A program made the translations under genes and the position numbers. Below are positions 62,983-64,000 of a stretch of DNA of 64,000 nucleotides, piece by piece. Source of the DNA: an uncultured Fibrobacteria bacterium (GTDB lineage Bacteria; Fibrobacterota; Fibrobacteria; UBA11236); NCBI GenBank assembly GCA_963716395.1, contig OY970309.1:2464001-2528000 (forward strand), written 5' to 3'. The notes under the pieces are model-generated. The model was not told the origin of the DNA. It made no database searches and was given only the letters and a program-made list of their open reading frames with translations. The number at the start of each line of letters is the position of its first letter. Position 1 is the stretch's first letter.

Positions 62983-64000
62983 CTGTCCGAACTGGCGCGT
63001 TTGCGCGGCATCGGTTCCAAGCGCCTCCAGGCCTTGGAGGCCGCCGGAATCGCGACGCTGCGCGACCTAGTCTATACCTTACCCAAACGTTACCTCGATC
63101 GCACCCGCCTCATGCCCCTCGCGACGCTGCGCGAAGGCGATGAGGCTTTTTTCGCCGCGGAAATTCTCGCGACCACGCCCGCCCCCTCGCGGCTCATCGT
63201 GCGCGTGTCGGATGGGGACGGCGAAATCGACCTGGTGTTCTTTCGCGGCCTCGTCTATTTGCGCCCCCGGTTGTTGCCGGGGTTGCGCTTGGCGGTGGCG
63301 GGCACCGTTACGCGCTTCCGCGAATTGCAAATCGCCCATCCCGAATGGGAGATTCTGGCCGCAGGCGAAGCGCCGCGCGGCGGCCTGCTGCCGGTTTACG
63401 CCTTGCATGAAGCCTGGGCCCCCGCGCGCCTGGATCATCGCCGCCTGCAGCAGGCGGCCCTCGAAGCCCTGGAGCGTTTCGAATTTTCCGATCCGCTGCC
63501 GGCCCCCGAACGGGCCTTCCTGCGCCTGCGAAGCGAAAAAGAAGTATTACAACTATTACATAACCCGCCTGCGCTCGACGCCGTCGCCGCCGCATTCGCG
63601 GAAATCAAGACGCGCGAACTGTGGCCCTTGTGCCGCAAACTCGAATCGGCCCGCCGCGCGCGGCGGGGACGGGGGAGAAGCTTCGCGTCCGCGCCGGAAA
63701 CGGAACAGGCCGCGCGGTCGGCCCTGGGGTTTTCCTTGACCGCCGGCCAGGAAGAAGCCTTGCGCCGCATCGGCGCGGCCTGGGAGCAACCGGCCGAGTT
63801 CTACGGTTTGCTGCAAGGTGACGTGGGCTCGGGAAAGACCGCGGTGGCCCTGTTGGCGGCTTTGCGGGTCACCTCGGCCGGGGCCCAAGCGGCGCTTTTG
63901 GCGCCCACCGAAATTCTGGCCGCGCAGCATTTCCGCACGGCGATGGAGATCTTTCCGGCCACCGGAACGGAAATCGCGCTTTTGACCGCGTCCACGCCGC
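62983..64000 (+). CDS. recG: ATP-dependent DNA helicase RecG (runs off the window end; absent from the ORF track)
   Basis: LRGIGSKRLQALEAAGIATLRDLVYTLPKRYLDR, QIAHPEWE, LLPVY, FSLTAGQ, LLQGDVGSGKT, LAPTEILAAQH; start CTG 62983 or TTG 63001. Confidence 0.92.
   Translation, partial: MSELARLRGIGSKRLQALEAAGIATLRDLVYTLPKRYLDRTRLMPLATLREGDEAFFAAEILATTPAPSRLIVRVSDGDGEIDLVFFRGLVYLRPRLLPGLRLAVAGTVTRFRELQIAHPEWEILAAGEAPRGGLLPVYALHEAWAPARLDHRRLQQAALEALERFEFSDPLPAPERAFLRLRSEKEVLQLLHNPPALDAVAAAFAEIKTRELWPLCRKLESARRARRGRGRSFASAPETEQAARSALGFSLTAGQEEALRRIGAAWEQPAEFYGLLQGDVGSGKTAVALLAALRVTSAGAQAALLAPTEILAAQHFRTAMEIFPATGTEIALLTASTP

Overview
GC-rich bacterial chromosome segment, most likely Fibrobacterota (FCB group). 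This rests on a TIGR02147-type protein, FlgD/T9SS-like sorting tails on secreted proteins and a PorT-like barrel; the taxonomy is inferred, not searched. About 50 protein genes are supported. Housekeeping genes are typA, thiD, trxB, ppk2 and ffh-rpsP-rimM-trmD-rplS-recG. Branched-chain amino-acid genes (cimA, ilvE, leuB, ilvC) are dispersed. There are secreted CAZymes (GH39-like, GH54, a possible GH6-like enzyme), a 2315-aa Ig-repeat surface protein, an aldehyde-catabolism cluster with a PAS-AraC regulator, a MoxR ATPase with an unusual partner, a PHP-GT4 fusion paired with a six-hairpin glycosidase, envelope glycosylation/methylation genes, a Rieske-cytochrome b-YceI module and a TIGR02147/spondin locus. 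No rRNA, tRNA, CRISPR array or intact mobile element was seen. The strongest unannotated signals are two ribosome-dependent attenuators below the ORF-track cutoff that share a GGGAGCGG/CCGCTCCC antiterminator core. One has an Ile-rich leader before cimA; the other precedes an EamA transporter and has an unknown trigger. Also notable are recurrent leaderless (-10 box, N6-7, start codon) genes, probable ATA and CTG starts, a GH10 relic with an internal deletion, and a decayed vapBC module coupled to leuB. All family calls come from motif recognition by eye.
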